DNA from: Xanthomonas campestris pv. campestris str. ATCC 33913
GTDB lineage: Bacteria; Pseudomonadota; Gammaproteobacteria; Xanthomonadales; Xanthomonadaceae
DNA: 32,000 nt
Reading direction: 5' to 3'
Assembly (NCBI RefSeq): GCF_000007145.1
Contig: NC_003902.1
Location: 2,366,497-2,398,496 of the forward strand
Part shown: piece by piece, positions 31,461 to 32,000 of the stretch
How the letters are laid out: every line of letters starts with the position of its first letter
Position numbering within the stretch: position 1 is the first letter of the stretch
Translations under genes and position numbers: made by a program
The notes under the pieces: model-generated
Seen by the model: the letters and a program-made list of their open reading frames with translations, nothing else
Told to the model about the DNA's origin: nothing
Databases searched by the model: none

Positions 31461-31877
31461 ATGCAGTCGATTGCTGTCCCGCCACGAACATGGGCCATCC
31501 ACCCGTTTCATGCAGCCGTGCTGGGGGGCGTGTTGCCGCTGTTCCTGGGCGCGTTGCTGAGCGACTACGCGTACTGGAGCAGCTACCAGATTCAGTGGAG
31601 CAACTTCGCCTCCTGGCTGCTGGTCGGCGCGATGGTATTCACCAGCATCGCCTTGCTCTGCGGCATCGTCGGGCTCGTGCGCGGTAGCCGGCATGTGCTG
31701 TATGTCGTTGCGTTGGTGGCCACCTGGGTGATCGGTTTCTGGAACGCGTTGCATCATGCGCGCGACGCCTGGGCGATCATGCCGATGGCACTGGTGTTGT
31801 CGGTCATCGTCACGCTGTTGGCGCTGCTGGCCACCTGGGCGGGCTTCGCCAGTCTGCGCACCGGAGGTGCACGATGA
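31461..31877 (+). CDS. DUF2231-like integral membrane protein
   Basis: 138 aa from ATG 31461, with GAGGAG at 31449-31454. Four predicted transmembrane helices. The opening IHPFHAAVLGGVLPLFLGALLSDYAYW is typical of DUF2231. The 231-aa ORF in the track is an upstream extension. Confidence 0.8.
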   Translation: MQSIAVPPRTWAIHPFHAAVLGGVLPLFLGALLSDYAYWSSYQIQWSNFASWLLVGAMVFTSIALLCGIVGLVRGSRHVLYVVALVATWVIGFWNALHHARDAWAIMPMALVLSVIVTLLALLATWAGFASLRTGGAR

Positions 31878-32000
31878 GCCGCCGTCCATTCGCTGTGTTG
31901 GCGGTGTCCGCATTGGCCACTGCACTGGCCGCCTGCGGCCAGGCACCGGATGCCAAGCAGCACGGCGCTGCGCCGGAGTTGCCGTCACCGTACCGTGGCT
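31874..32000 (+). CDS. lipoprotein, 5' partial (runs off the window); possibly a PQQ-dependent sugar dehydrogenase by usual DUF2231 synteny
   Basis: ATG 31874 overlaps the upstream stop (ATGA) and has GGAGG 6 nt upstream. MSRRPFAVLAVSALATALAACGQ carries a lipobox (LAAC). The functional guess rests only on remembered gene neighbourhood. Confidence 0.6.
   Translation, partial: MSRRPFAVLAVSALATALAACGQAPDAKQHGAAPELPSPYRG

Overview
High-GC bacterial chromosomal window. It looks Xanthomonas/Lysobacteraceae-like, but that is inferred only from composition, third-position GC bias, an ESPR-type autotransporter leader and GGGAATC-type intergenic repeats. I support about 17 protein-coding genes.

Left arm (plus strand unless noted):
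- LhgO-like FAD oxidoreductase with a translationally coupled 102-aa unknown ORF
- KGG-repeat (YciG-like) stress protein, preceded by a near-consensus sigma-54 promoter and a 17-bp palindrome
- DUF892/YciE-like ferritin-fold stress protein
- receiver-less CheB-type methylesterase with a zinc-ribbon tail
- M14 metallopeptidase
- GAF / degenerate-GGDEF / EAL protein (minus strand)

Centre: one 11,844-nt gene (8286-20129) encodes a 3,947-aa classical autotransporter. Its passenger is built from nested repeats: 12 x 258 nt, then 3 x about 1.65 kb, then 5 x 192 nt. It converges on a lipoprotein subtilisin-family (S8) autotransporter, and the two genes share a bidirectional terminator. Both autotransporter genes have long, visibly AT-richer, ORF-poor upstream regions.

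Right arm:
- TetR regulator abutting an N-terminally truncated alpha/beta hydrolase
- secreted GH84 beta-N-acetylglucosaminidase
- ambiguous small ORF
- secreted DUF4440-like protein
- cytoplasmic GAF histidine kinase
- DUF2231 membrane protein
- start of a lipoprotein gene

I saw no rRNA, tRNA, CRISPR array, transposase or integrase, and no recognisable defence system.

The items most worth follow-up are:
- the concatenated-passenger architecture of the giant autotransporter, with a recent gene-conversion tract between two super-repeats
- its pairing with an SphB1/NalP-like lipoprotein protease
- the sigma-54 promoter and palindrome in front of the stress gene
- the 1.5-kb ORF-poor region at 23039-24541
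- the TetR/hydrolase deletion junction

All homology statements come from motif recognition by eye. No searches were run.
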